Part shown: positions 1-11,669 of the stretch, piece after piece
How positions within the stretch are numbered: position 1 is the stretch's first letter
Layout of the letters: each line of letters opens with the position of its first letter
Made by a program: the position numbers and the translations under genes
From: Thermoplasmatota archaeon
GTDB lineage: Archaea; Thermoplasmatota; JAKEGO01
Assembly (NCBI GenBank): GCA_028279595.1
Contig: JANQNK010000002.1
Span: forward strand, 8,710-72,709
DNA: 64,000 nt
Reading direction: 5' to 3'
The notes under the pieces: generated by a model
Told to the model about the DNA's origin: nothing
The model's database searches: none
The model's input: the letters and a program-made list of their open reading frames with translations, nothing else

Positions 1-112
1 TTACAGATGACAGTCGCATTAAGATCCGCCGCATCTGATCGGTCTTCAGGACACCATATGTCTGTGGATCGTGTCATGATCACTACCCGTTCCGTTCATT
101 AATAGGGGGGAC

Positions 113-146
113 GGGATGGTCCCCGAGGGGGTTTAGAGACCATCCC
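113..146 (-). terminator. Stem-loop downstream of the 776-aa surface protein gene, possible terminator
   Basis: GGGATGGTC (113-121) / GACCATCCC (138-146) inverted repeat ~25 nt after the stop codon; no clear U-tract. Confidence 0.4.
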
Positions 147-171
147 TTCGATCACTTTCATAACGGCACTA

Positions 172-2502
172 TCAGTACTCCTCGAACCTCCGTACTAGGA
201 AGAGGACCGAGACGATGATGGCTCCGATCAGGATGCCGAGGGCCGCGAAGTCCCTCACTAGTTCTCCGCTGACACCCTTCTCGCCGATCTGGCTTTCATC
301 GAAACTAACGTCTCCGTTTCCACCGTTACCGCTACTGGTTTTATCGCCCTCACCGGGTGCACCGGTCGGGTCCTCTCCGTCTTCTCCAGGTGGCCCGTCT
401 GGATGCTTCCATGGGTCATCGTTCGTACAGTTCCCGATGTCCCAAATGTCTGGGTACCAGTTCCAGCAGGGTCGTTCTCCAGATTCATTCTCCTCCTCGT
501 ATTCGGGAATACCGTCCGCGTTCTCGTCGATGTAGGTGTACTCGTACTCGTAAATGATAGTCCGATCATCGAACAAGATTATGTGGACGTAGATGTATTC
601 CGGAAAGAGCCAGTTCGATCCGCGATAATCGAAGTCTATCCAGACCTCGGAACCTTCAGGATCGCCGCTGTTGCCTTTGTCCTCTTGCCTGAGCAACACG
701 ACGATCTCGACCTCGTTATCGAGCCAGACGACCACCTCTCCTTCGTGGAAGCCCTCCTTGAGCACCGTGATTGTGGCATATGAGCCCCAGAGAGAATTAT
801 TGATCCGGAATAGGAAATAGCCCGTTTCGTCCGTGATCTTCCATTTTGTGTCATTGGAGGAGGTAAATGGTCTTTCGTTCCCTCCATAGCCGACGTAGGT
901 GCGGATATTGTGGGTAAGTATCACGTCCGCCCCTGCTATTGGATCCTTGTCAATGTAATCGTAAACGAATCCTTCGACCCTCAGGTCGGTATCATTCGAT
1001 GGTACATTCCTGCCGAGGAGAACCCTGACCTCATTGTCCGAGCTGAGGAGGAGCTCGGTCTGGTAATCCTTGTATCCATCGGCCCAGACATAGAGAACCG
1101 CATAGTAACCGATTGTCCAGTTCTCTATCTCTAACCAGAAACCTCCCTTCCTATCAGAGACGGTCCAGTATGTGAGATTGCTCTTAGGAGTCGGTTGGTA
1201 TCTGTCTATGTATGGGTTCAGCTCGAGAACCACGTCTGCACCAGCCACGGGGGTCATGTCAAGTCCTTCTAGGATCGTACCCTGAACAGTTACAGTATTG
1301 TTAGTCGTGTTGAGAGGTTCGAGGTAGACATAGACGTACGTGTACCAGTTGATCGAAATCCTCTCCTCGTAGGTCCTGTATCCCTCTTTCATGACGACCA
1401 GTGTCATCTCGGTACTATGATAGTCTGATCCGATTTCGAATTCGAACCTTCCATACACGTCGGTCTTGTTCTCGTAGAGATAGGTCGCTGTTGAGTTCGG
1501 GTGTAGGAAGACCTCTGCGTCCTCCACATGATCGTAGGTCCTGTTGTCGACCACGTATCCCTTGACGGTCACGTTACGGATTCCGAAGGCCAGGTCGACC
1601 TGGTTGTCGCCCTCGTCGAGCGTGACCATCTCGGCGAACGCCTCGTAGGACCCGTGAAACACACATACTTTATACCTACCGGGCCGAGCGGAGAATTCGT
1701 AATAACCCGTCTCGTCAGTGTAATCGAATGCGTAGGCTGCCGATATGGCGTTCGGAGAGTAGCTGAACGTGTAGTTGACCTCAAGGATACCTTTGTGGTA
1801 AATTAATGGATACCAGTAGTTGGAGTAAAGCATCACCAAGGCATCATCGATAGGTTCACCCTCAGCGTTCTCTACCGTGCCGAACATCCTGGTCTCATTC
1901 TCATCAGGATACAACTGGAAAGTCGTCTCGACATCCCCTGACAACGCTATCGTGAGATATCGGCTATAGTATCCAGACTTGGATATCACGAGGTTGTAGG
2001 ACTCATCGTCGACCTGGATCTCGAACTCGCCGTTGGAATTGGTCTCCGTGGATATGTGTCGGTAATCGGTCCAGTAGTAGTGATAGAACGACGGATAGAG
2101 TTCGAGAAGTACTCCTTGAACAGGAGTCTCACCCTCGAGGACGACACCGGACAACGTGAAATTGTGCGTTCCGTTGGGATTCGGAAGCGTGAGCTTTAGT
2201 CTCAACTCGGCGCTTACAACGGTTCTGTTCTCCAGCTCGGCACTCACCCTGAGGTGATGGATGCCTTCGTGGACGTCATTGATCCAAAGAATCCCCGAAG
2301 AATTCGTTGTTCCCATCGTTTTATTATCTATATCGACCTCGGCTCCTTCGAGAGCGGAACGGTCGTAGTCCACCTCTATTCGGACATCGAATAGGTCGTT
2401 CTCATTCAGTTCATGCTCCGTGTAAATATCCCACGGAGAGCCTGAAGCAGTCCCCATCAGGAAGATCGCGACAAGCAACGCTATCAGATACCAAATCTTC
2501 AT
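172..2502 (-). CDS. Secreted, membrane-anchored protein with repeated carboxypeptidase-regulatory-like (Ig-type) domains
   Basis: N-terminal signal peptide; repeated 'G.V.D....P(I/V).GA.V.L...TD..G.F' units; acidic Pro/Gly linker; C-terminal TM helix followed by RR. Confidence 0.8.
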   Translation of the reverse strand: MKIWYLIALLVAIFLMGTASGSPWDIYTEHELNENDLFDVRIEVDYDRSALEGAEVDIDNKTMGTTNSSGILWINDVHEGIHHLRVSAELENRTVVSAELRLKLTLPNPNGTHNFTLSGVVLEGETPVQGVLLELYPSFYHYYWTDYRHISTETNSNGEFEIQVDDESYNLVISKSGYYSRYLTIALSGDVETTFQLYPDENETRMFGTVENAEGEPIDDALVMLYSNYWYPLIYHKGILEVNYTFSYSPNAISAAYAFDYTDETGYYEFSARPGRYKVCVFHGSYEAFAEMVTLDEGDNQVDLAFGIRNVTVKGYVVDNRTYDHVEDAEVFLHPNSTATYLYENKTDVYGRFEFEIGSDYHSTEMTLVVMKEGYRTYEERISINWYTYVYVYLEPLNTTNNTVTVQGTILEGLDMTPVAGADVVLELNPYIDRYQPTPKSNLTYWTVSDRKGGFWLEIENWTIGYYAVLYVWADGYKDYQTELLLSSDNEVRVLLGRNVPSNDTDLRVEGFVYDYIDKDPIAGADVILTHNIRTYVGYGGNERPFTSSNDTKWKITDETGYFLFRINNSLWGSYATITVLKEGFHEGEVVVWLDNEVEIVVLLRQEDKGNSGDPEGSEVWIDFDYRGSNWLFPEYIYVHIILFDDRTIIYEYEYTYIDENADGIPEYEEENESGERPCWNWYPDIWDIGNCTNDDPWKHPDGPPGEDGEDPTGAPGEGDKTSSGNGGNGDVSFDESQIGEKGVSGELVRDFAALGILIGAIIVSVLFLVRRFEEY

Positions 2503-2907
2503 CTCAGCACCTCATACATAGGCTCATAAGAGTGCGTCGCGAGGAGGTTATTATAATATATTGGGACAAACTTCGATATAATTCGACCATTATAGGACGA
2601 GGTTCGATATTATCGAGTAACAGGATAATATGTCTATATCATTCGGTATACTAGAAACCTGACCTGGTCCATAAATTATCTATATTCCGATATATCTTTT
2701 CAGTAGAGGCTTTGCACTACAAGATCTTCCGGTCATCATCATGGATGGATCTCTGAGTACACCGATAACTTTACAATTATCATTACGATTAATTCAACAT
2801 CGTATTGATAAAAATCACTACTTTTTTCGTTATAAAATGAGATCATTTAATTTTGATAATCTTGACTCGATGATAGTACTCAAGGAACGCTATCAAGAAG
2901 TGTACCG

Positions 2908-3123
2908 ATGATAGAGATTTGTGTATTTCAGATGAATGTGAACGGCATGGATCGAGCTCTTGAATTCTACCGTAAGGTACTAGGTTTCGAGAAAGATGAT
3001 GATACACATTATCCCCAGATCGTTGGCTTGAATTGTCTTCTTCTACCGCACTTTCCAATCTCTCTCCGATATGTGTATCAATCGAGTATAGGCTTTAGGC
3101 ACGTCGGACAATCTTCCATTTAA
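2908..3123 (+). pseudogene. Truncated VOC/glyoxalase-family remnant
   Basis: N-terminus 'VNGMDRALEFYRKVLGFE' matches the VOC start motif; similarity is lost after ~40 codons. Confidence 0.55.
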
Positions 3124-3403
3124 GAGGGGCTTAAGTCAGCCCCAGCAACCTTGAAGAAGATAAAATTGGCAAAGTTGTGAGATGCCTATGTCGAGGAATC
3201 GAATATGCCACTGGTGAATTGAGAAGTATATCGAAACTTGTCCCAATAAAGTGGTGCTAATACGACACTCGTCCCAATACATACTTAAGTTGTCACTTGG
3301 AGGAACTTTAAATGAAAAGCGAGGTGTGAACATGAGAAGATTATCGATGCATTTTGCATTCCTGATCCACTGTTACGTCGCAATGTTCGGAATAGGAAGG
3401 AAG

Positions 3404-4231
3404 GTGAAAGCGAAGACACCATACATGATGCTCGGGTTTATGGTTGCGGGTCTTATGATCGGATCATTTAATGTAACAGCTGAGGGACCGATCCCGGACG
3501 ATGATAATCCAATAGGATATCTCCACCTTGAGAATGAAGAATCAAACTTTGAAGAGAACGAAGAGGCATGGATTAATCAATTGATTTCTGATCCTGAATC
3601 AGTTGGAAGTCAGCATGTCGAAACAACATCTACTAGCCTTGAGTCTAAAGGATATTGGTTCTATGTTCGAGATAGTCCGGATGATGATGTAGATCTAGAT
3701 AATGACTTGTATTTCTGTGAAACCAATTCTACATCGAATTTCACTGTTCATATCGAGTTCGAAAGAGGGGCTCCGGATGAACTTGAATTTAGATTATATA
3801 ATTCTTCACCCCCAGATGTGGAAGTAATCGATGAAGTTATCCTTGGATATAATGAGGAGGGCATCTACAATTCAAGCTGGAATATCTCTGGTAAGAAAAT
3901 AATCCCTGCGGGCAATCGACTTTATTTTATTTTATCATGGTACACACCAGATGCCGGACTTAACTCGTGGACAATTTTTCTCAATAATAAAAGTTATATT
4001 GAATTTCCTATCGCTATCGACTCGAATGATAATGGGATACCAGATTATCTAGAAGATGAACCTGAGCCTCCCGGAGATCCAGATCCGGACCCCGACCCGA
4101 ATGATTCGGACACTGACAATCAGAGACCAACAAGAGACAAGGATGGAAATCTGCTACCAGGATTCGGAATATCTTTATCCATTCTTGCAGTCGTTGTTAC
4201 CGCGTTTCTAATTTCAAAGAATAATGTCTAA
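3404..4231 (+). CDS. Secreted acidic protein with PGF-CTERM-like archaeosortase sorting signal (start uncertain; ORF open from 3251)
   Basis: Hydrophobic signal segment, (DP)n linker, C-terminal 'LPGF'+TM helix+K. Confidence 0.7.
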   Translation: MKAKTPYMMLGFMVAGLMIGSFNVTAEGPIPDDDNPIGYLHLENEESNFEENEEAWINQLISDPESVGSQHVETTSTSLESKGYWFYVRDSPDDDVDLDNDLYFCETNSTSNFTVHIEFERGAPDELEFRLYNSSPPDVEVIDEVILGYNEEGIYNSSWNISGKKIIPAGNRLYFILSWYTPDAGLNSWTIFLNNKSYIEFPIAIDSNDNGIPDYLEDEPEPPGDPDPDPDPNDSDTDNQRPTRDKDGNLLPGFGISLSILAVVVTAFLISKNNV

Positions 4232-5617
4232 TATGCTATGAAACTCAGGACGATGATTAGGAATTGATTCCCGCATAATGTCCTATTACAATTCGAGTAT
4301 TGAAGTTGGAAGAGTGGTAGGGAGAACTTCTTGCGATCCCTCTACGTTCAGGCTCATTTAAACTAGAATTTTCACCTAGTATAGCTCGTTGAGATATCTG
4401 TCGGTTCCAGTCCGTTTCATTTTTCTTTTCACATTCATCACTTAAATTCCCCTTATCAAGCAAACATGATCATTATAGATCCACCGACTCCCATCAATAT
4501 TCATATCATTCAATTCTCCTGGGCTCCAATATGGTCCTAGGAAATTCAAGGAATGAGGGTATCATAACTAGATTGACCGGATTATTTTTTTCTACAGAAT
4601 GTAAAATCTGCAGAAATTCTGTATGAATATATGAGGGGGCGTGCCTGATTCGGTATTCACCTCCGTTGCGGATCTATTGTAATACCGGGGCACCCCCAAC
4701 TTTTCAAATATGGCAAATGGTATAACCTTCAAAATCATCAGCAGATTGGTTCAGGTAAGGATTCGACAATGGTATTCTGACGAAGAGGTAACACGGCGAT
4801 TCCATCTGGTAACATTTTTTCTTTGTAGAGAAGTAAATTTTTGTCCCACAATTGGTGAAATTCTGATATGGCAAGGTCGATGACAAATCCTCATGGCGCG
4901 GAACTCATCACCGAAACCGTGTAATGGTCGGTTACCGATACCTCCGATGATGGTTGGCATCTACACCCGAAGGTCCCACAGTCATCGAACCTTGCCTGAA
5001 GCACATCACATTGGTAGTAGTACCGTTTTATGACCTTATTTTTACAGCTCGATATTCGCATCCCTGTCGATTACGATAATAATTTCAGGGGATGCGATCG
5101 GACCTAACTTATTCGAGGGGACCAAATAAAGTGGGGGTGACGCATCCCCCTTTTGCTGCTAATGAGAGAACGGCAAGGCGGTTGGTAATTGTCCGGATTC
5201 CAAGGTACTTTCCCGTTCTCTCAATATAATTAAGAGAAACACTGATATTAATTTATTGTGGGTAAGAAGGCGAAATCCAAACACACTGTTTGGGGGATTC
5301 GGTGGGACCATATCAGTGCCAACCAGTATTCCAACTTAGCTAGGCGATGCCCGAATCCCCCGTTGTGTCTTCTCGAGAGAGTATGTCGAGGGGTGATCTC
5401 GCGCATTCGGTGTTGCGGAAGTCCTCGAACTCTCTCGATTGGAACCACAATCGTGAAATCATATTTATTCATTATAGTAAAGACCGGACAAATCGTGGAT
5501 GATTAGATAAATTTGGATGGACACTCAATTGTAATAGTAAATGAGAATATGATATTTCAGGGATTCATCCATTAAAATATTATATTATTACCGACATTAT
5601 CCGTCGGTGGTCATAAC

Positions 5618-6340
5618 ATGGCGCAATCGAAGGTCCCAAAATCGGTAGACGAAGTTATCAAGGAAATCGAGTCGTTCGAAAAGGAAGTACAAAAGATCGG
5701 AAGACAAGCTTTCAAACAAGGAGAATATATACAAACGAAAATTCTGATCGAGTCCGCGACCCGAATGAACACATTGAAGAAATCATTCAACGAGCTCGGA
5801 ATGGAACTAAGCGATGTGTTCTCAGACGCGGAAGCTCAACTTAAGAACCTTCCTGCAGGAAAAACTCGTACGTCGACGAAACGTATACCACGCGGAAAGA
5901 AAACTCCGGAGGACGCATATCGAGAACCGATACTCAATGCACTCTCAGAACTCGGTGGGAAAGGAACTACATCAGAGGTCCTCGACAAGGTCTACGAACA
6001 GTTGAAAGACGTCCTAAATCAATTCGATAAACAACCAGTCCCCTCAGTACCTTCACAACAGAGGTGGCGACACACTGCGCAGATCGTCCGAAACAAGATG
6101 ATGAATGAAGGCTTGGTCAAGAAGAACTCGCCTCGCGGTATTTGGGAAATTTCTACCGCCGGGACGAAGACGATCACACCGAATAAGTCCTCAAAGAAAT
6201 CGTCTCAATCGAAGAAGAGCTCATCGTCGAAGAAATCGACGTCCAAACCTAAATCCAAGACCTCTTCCAAGAAGCAGTCGTCTTCGAAGAAGTCCACGAC
6301 TCTGGAAAAGACGGAATCGAAACCTGACGCGAAGAAGTAA
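5618..6340 (+). CDS. Coiled-coil + Mrr-N-like winged-helix protein with Lys/Ser-rich tail
   Basis: 'PILNALSELGG...RW...R..M...GL..NSPRGIWEIS' resembles the Mrr N-terminal wHTH; SSKK-repeat C-terminal tail; no nuclease domain. Confidence 0.75.
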   Translation: MAQSKVPKSVDEVIKEIESFEKEVQKIGRQAFKQGEYIQTKILIESATRMNTLKKSFNELGMELSDVFSDAEAQLKNLPAGKTRTSTKRIPRGKKTPEDAYREPILNALSELGGKGTTSEVLDKVYEQLKDVLNQFDKQPVPSVPSQQRWRHTAQIVRNKMMNEGLVKKNSPRGIWEISTAGTKTITPNKSSKKSSQSKKSSSSKKSTSKPKSKTSSKKQSSSKKSTTLEKTESKPDAKK

Positions 6341-6511
6341 TCAACCGATTCAAAGCTCGAAGACACCAAGACCACGAATTTATACCCTACAATGACGAAT
6401 CCGTCGACGCAGCTTGCGCTAATGATGGCCATTTCGTTAATCTGAGCCCTTTGCATGCGGTTCTCAGCCTCATTACCGCAACACTGCGCAGGTATAATCT
6501 CTATTAATTAT

Positions 6512-6769
6512 TCAAGTTGTTTGATCGATGATATTAAAGTGCTCCTGCATCTCCTGATGAAGTTGATTAAGTTCTTGCAGATTGGAGTGCAGATCCCCTT
6601 TTATTTCAAGAAGTCTTTTTTCAACTTCATTCACGTATTTAATACGTAAATGTTTATGAGTTTTATACGCGTCAACACCAATGGCTTGAAGGTCTCGCTC
6701 AACCGAATCTAGATAATGTTGGAGGTTTTTTACTTGAGTATCTACTTTCTTCCTATCCATGTATCCCAT
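6512..6769 (-). CDS. Small helical/coiled-coil hypothetical protein
   Basis: 85-aa ORF with ATG start, heptad-like pattern, AT-rich promoter-like region upstream. Confidence 0.5.
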   Translation of the reverse strand: MGYMDRKKVDTQVKNLQHYLDSVERDLQAIGVDAYKTHKHLRIKYVNEVEKRLLEIKGDLHSNLQELNQLHQEMQEHFNIIDQTT

Positions 6770-7072
6770 CCCCGGGACTCCCTATAACGCGTTTTATGTT
6801 GATATAATTATTCATCGACGTTATTGATATATACATTTTAGATTTCATAACTCTCAGATGTGACAATGGGTCAGTCTACCGAATTATCAGAACATTTTCC
6901 ATATTGATTATTCCATAATGAGCCCACTCTCTACCGGCATGGAAGATCCGTATAGGAAATTGATAAGTAACTCCGTATCCTTCTCCTGTCCCCCCGAACT
7001 GTCGTTTACTGTAAGAAACGTTGGTACATAATTGTAATATTACCGTTACAACCGGGGGGAAATTCCTCAACC

Positions 7073-10000
7073 TCATGTTCTTCGTCGGGAATTCCAAAGA
7101 ATGGCGGTAATAACAATAAAGATTGTCGGGAGAATCGCGATTTCAGGGATCTTTTCGGGAGAACTCGTTTCGACTGGATCTTCGTGAGGATATCTGTCCT
7201 CAGCATTGCCGGGACCGTCTATGGAGTATGTACCCGAACCGCTCCAATCGGACCAATAATTCCCCTCGGTGATACCATCATCCCATTCATTGTGTGATGT
7301 ATTGTCGTAAGCTTGGGACGATGCACCAGTATTGTTCGCGAAGTTATTATGGTGAACCTTCATTTGTGTTGACCCTGAAGAGTATATTCCATAATTGCCA
7401 TTCCCGAATATCTCATTGAAGATAATGGTAATATTGTCAGAGGAGCTAATGAATAATCCGTAATCATCGTTGTTAGAGCAGGTATTGTTTGCTACATGAA
7501 TTTTGACAGAGGAATTGTAATGGATACCAATGTAGTTATCAGACACGTTACAATTCTTGATTGTATGGCCATATGAACCATTCGAATAAATTCCTTGAAC
7601 GTTGTCAATTATCGTGCTATTAAAGATAGCGGCACTGTTATTCGTTAAGTTAATTCCTGCGCGGCTTCCGTTCCGGATCGTGATATGGCTGATATTAACA
7701 TCTGAACCGGTTATTTCGATAACATTCCCGGTATTATTCCCATCAATGATCGTCTCTTCAGAACCATTGCCAACAATCGTTATTGATACGGGAATAACCA
7801 GGTTCTCTATGAATAATCCTTCATAAACTAATATCGTGTCACCTGCAGTTGCATTATCGATTGCATCCTGAATAAATTGGTAATCTGCTCCCCCATCATC
7901 ATCTACAGTGATGATTGAAGAACTATATATTCCTTCTATCCTAATTGGCCAACTATTACAGAACGAGAATGGTTGGCTTATTCCATCGTCTATGGTGGCA
8001 CAGATGTAATGAGTACCATTCGTGACATTTGTTATATCCCATTCAATTGTACCAAATCTATCGTTCTCCTCATGGTAACCTATTAGATTATCACCAGATT
8101 CTCCATCCGAGTATGTGAATGTGACATTGGCTATACTATCTTTGTCGCTCGCGTAGTATGAGATAGCTATAGTTTCTGATGCCATACGATTAACTGTCAA
8201 TTGGTCGATATTTGGAATGAGGATCACATACGGCATATCATTTCCACCAACCTCGATATCAAGTTCATTTACCAGAGGATATCGATCTTTAGCAGGACTA
8301 TCTCCATCGATGTGATATTTTTCTTCTCCAATACCATCGTCATCAGTATCCGTACCTGTGTAATCCGACCAATAGTTGCCACTCGATCCATAATCCCAGT
8401 CATTGCTGGAACTGTTCCCACCATCGTCCAATCCTTGTGCAGTTGCGTTGATCGAAATAATGTTGTCAATGAAATTATTATGATGTATCATGCATCGAAC
8501 GGTGAATCTATCCGCGGACACCCCATACCCGTGGTTACGACGCAATTCATTATCATAGATTGATATTGTACGAGCCTCATCAAGAACGATACCTTCACCT
8601 TGATTATTAATGAATAAGTTATTCTGAATGATGAACCTCTTCGAGTCCATGATATCCAATCCTATTGAATTATTGATAAAAGAACAATTCTTGACCATAA
8701 GTCCTTCCGAACTATAGCTCCGTAGACCTACTCCGATGTTGTCTGAAATGTTATTGTCAATATATGTGTCGTCAACAGCATTTCGTGAGAGAATCGCTTC
8801 GTCCCAGTTATTCCTCATGATACAATTAACGAATGAATTCTCGAGAGTGTCCCTCAAGTACAGGCTTCTTCTGCTTCCTGAAAGGTTCGAATTTATTACA
8901 AGGTTCCGAATACCTGTGTCCATAGAAAATGCATTACTTGAAGCGCTATGGATTTCACATCCTGAGATTGTATTATTATCACCGTCGTTCATTGTCAATC
9001 CAACACTACTTGGATTATCTATCGTACAGTTGAATAGTGTCGAATTATCAACTCCTATCATGTATACTGATCGCGCGGATACATTAACAAAATAGACGTT
9101 GGACGATTGAAACAGTCGGATATTCGCGGGTACTTCTACTTTCTTGGAGCTCTCAAAGATAACGTTGTTGCAGTGAGCCATCATTATGTGCGGGCTTGCA
9201 TTGAATTGCGCTCCATCGTAGGAGAAATAGGAGCAATTGACAACGATTATCTGTCCTACGTCGTTTGGTATTATAAATTCACTACTATTTAATTTGAAAA
9301 AAACCTGTTTTCCATTGACTGTATTATTAAAGATAAAGTGGGTTGTGAAGTGTTCGATATCAGAACCCCAGAATTGTATGGAATCGTTCACGAGGGTACA
9401 ATCAGTGACACGGGATCCCGTTGCAGAATTTATTAGGATTCCGCCACCAATTCCACTGTCGGAAACCGTACAGTTGACTATAGATGTTCTCTGACCCATA
9501 ACACCGATCCCGGTCCCCGATGTAAAAGTAATATTACTATTGGTAATTGTTGTATTATCGCTTTTCGACCTGATTCCGGACAGGCAATGTTCAATCAGAC
9601 AATTGTCAATGTAGGCCTCATTGGAGTCATCAAGCCTGATCGCATAATCCTCTATCTTTGAGAAAGTGCAATTGTCTACCTTCGTATCCGTGCAGTGTTC
9701 GAAGGTCAATCCCATTGGTAATTGGTCGAAACTTGATGATGATATAGTTACGTTATCTGAATATACAACCTTCAATGTCTCGGTATAATTGAAGACACAA
9801 TCATTGATATTTACATTTGAGCTACCTACGATGATAATTTGAGACACATCTGATTCGATTGAATATGATGACTCATTCTTGATGAAGATGATCGGTTTAC
9901 CGTTAAGGGTGCAATTGGTAATCACATGTGAGTTATAATGTTGTACCTCGTTCCCTTTAATCGAAATGAACTCATCGATAAACCTGCATCGCTCGATGCT

Positions 10001-11197
10001 AATTCCTATCTTATTGTATATTTCGAACCGTCCATGGAAATAATCGTTATACGTCCATTCGGAGGACTTGATCTTACAACCGATTACACTTGTACGATCA
10101 CCAAAATGTCGAATGGCTTTGGAATTGTTTGAGATAACACACCTCTTAATTAAGATGTCAGGGACATCCCTAAGCCAAATCCCTTCCTCCGAATTTGAGA
10201 ATATGTTGGAGCTGTATATTGACGAATATTGAGAATCACCTCTAAATTGAAACCCATTTTCATTCTGACTCAAGGTGCAATTATTGAATGTGTTATTCCA
10301 TCCATCCCATACGGATATTCCAGACTCGGTATTATTGATTATTTGAGCTTCAGTGACATTGACGTTGTCACTCCCCCATACGTCAATCCCAACCCCATCA
10401 TTATTGACGATAGTGCAACCGCGTACTACAACCCCGTCCGATCCCCTAAGGAATAGCGTTTCTGCTCCAATGATAGAATGACTAGATTTTGTGTTTCTAA
10501 GGGTTGAATTTTCAATTATGCAACTGTCAGTTCCCCAAACACCCCAAACATATATCGCATTGTCTGTACAATTATCTATCACGCATGAATCAATCGTAGC
10601 ATTGGCTGAAGTGATCATGATTCCAATACCGCTAATATCTTTAATCTGAGAGGCCCGAATGTTGGTGTATTGACCGTTGATGCTGATACCAGCACTACAA
10701 TTAGTGACAACAGAATCAGAGATCGTGTTGTGCGTGCGAGTGTTATTAATTCGAATTCCTTGTGTACTATTGAAGATACGACAGTCCTCAATTAGGTTTC
10801 CATGTGATGCAATCCTTAGGCCGCGATTAGTCTTGGAACCAGTGATCCCAAAAAATGAAATAGAACAATTACTAGCAGAAATCAGGAGACCATCACCATC
10901 GCCACCACTTCTAATAATCGATTCAGTCGTACCATTTCCAATTAGGAGAACACGTTTGTAAACATCGATCTCATCGATAGAGTCATCGGGAGAATAATTT
11001 CCCGCGAAAACGCGGATTGTATCACCGATCACTGCGTTTTGAATCCCATCTTGAATTGTCCCATACGGATTATCTTCTGCCCCGGTGGCAGACATGTTTC
11101 CCTCATTATCATCATCAACGTAAATTGTCGCACCTTGAGTATTGATCCCTATCAATACTAATGCTAGAATCGCTAATGCAAAGATGGTCCCTTTCAT
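7073..11197 (-). CDS. Secreted right-handed parallel beta-helix (NosD/CASH-type) repeat protein with PEF-CTERM-like anchor
   Basis: Signal peptide; many 'I.N..I..N..GI' repeats; two 'GNYWSD' motifs; C-terminal 'IPEI'+TM+RRR. Confidence 0.85.
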   Translation of the reverse strand: MKGTIFALAILALVLIGINTQGATIYVDDDNEGNMSATGAEDNPYGTIQDGIQNAVIGDTIRVFAGNYSPDDSIDEIDVYKRVLLIGNGTTESIIRSGGDGDGLLISASNCSISFFGITGSKTNRGLRIASHGNLIEDCRIFNSTQGIRINNTRTHNTISDSVVTNCSAGISINGQYTNIRASQIKDISGIGIMITSANATIDSCVIDNCTDNAIYVWGVWGTDSCIIENSTLRNTKSSHSIIGAETLFLRGSDGVVVRGCTIVNNDGVGIDVWGSDNVNVTEAQIINNTESGISVWDGWNNTFNNCTLSQNENGFQFRGDSQYSSIYSSNIFSNSEEGIWLRDVPDILIKRCVISNNSKAIRHFGDRTSVIGCKIKSSEWTYNDYFHGRFEIYNKIGISIERCRFIDEFISIKGNEVQHYNSHVITNCTLNGKPIIFIKNESSYSIESDVSQIIIVGSSNVNINDCVFNYTETLKVVYSDNVTISSSSFDQLPMGLTFEHCTDTKVDNCTFSKIEDYAIRLDDSNEAYIDNCLIEHCLSGIRSKSDNTTITNSNITFTSGTGIGVMGQRTSIVNCTVSDSGIGGGILINSATGSRVTDCTLVNDSIQFWGSDIEHFTTHFIFNNTVNGKQVFFKLNSSEFIIPNDVGQIIVVNCSYFSYDGAQFNASPHIMMAHCNNVIFESSKKVEVPANIRLFQSSNVYFVNVSARSVYMIGVDNSTLFNCTIDNPSSVGLTMNDGDNNTISGCEIHSASSNAFSMDTGIRNLVINSNLSGSRRSLYLRDTLENSFVNCIMRNNWDEAILSRNAVDDTYIDNNISDNIGVGLRSYSSEGLMVKNCSFINNSIGLDIMDSKRFIIQNNLFINNQGEGIVLDEARTISIYDNELRRNHGYGVSADRFTVRCMIHHNNFIDNIISINATAQGLDDGGNSSSNDWDYGSSGNYWSDYTGTDTDDDGIGEEKYHIDGDSPAKDRYPLVNELDIEVGGNDMPYVILIPNIDQLTVNRMASETIAISYYASDKDSIANVTFTYSDGESGDNLIGYHEENDRFGTIEWDITNVTNGTHYICATIDDGISQPFSFCNSWPIRIEGIYSSSIITVDDDGGADYQFIQDAIDNATAGDTILVYEGLFIENLVIPVSITIVGNGSEETIIDGNNTGNVIEITGSDVNISHITIRNGSRAGINLTNNSAAIFNSTIIDNVQGIYSNGSYGHTIKNCNVSDNYIGIHYNSSVKIHVANNTCSNNDDYGLFISSSDNITIIFNEIFGNGNYGIYSSGSTQMKVHHNNFANNTGASSQAYDNTSHNEWDDGITEGNYWSDWSGSGTYSIDGPGNAEDRYPHEDPVETSSPEKIPEIAILPTIFIVITAILWNSRRRT

Positions 11198-11669
11198 ACT
11201 ATCGATAATTTGTTGTAGTTATCAGTATAAGGTAATATTGGAACGAGTCTTTATAGAGCTCCATCAACAGTTCTTGTTACTCCAATTGGCAATGTGTCCT
11301 CAAGCGGGCCATTTATGAGGTTTCAGAAGGATGTGTGAGATGGTAATCTCTACACCGAACCCAAAGGTATCCATCAATATTAATCCCGGTAATTTCACAT
11401 TTTTAATTTACCGGTAATTCGGTGCCATAATCCCTCTCGCCGCACTAACATTTCTTTGAAGAACTCGTATTCAATCGACCACTGTGTTTACGTTGATGAT
11501 TTCTGTAAGAAACACTGATACGGAATTGTAATTTTACCGGTAAAATCACGCCAATTTCCCCCCCTTCTCGTAGGATCGTTTCTTACAGCAAACGTGCATT
11601 GGAATCTTACAATATCATAATATTCTTAAATTCCAAAATTGATGTATCGGAAAATAATCTTAATAGGCA

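Noticed and set aside
5235-11520. 13-bp direct repeat AGAAACACTGATA at 5235 and 11508 as cassette boundaries
   Set aside because: Flanks do not align convincingly; could be chance in AT-rich DNA
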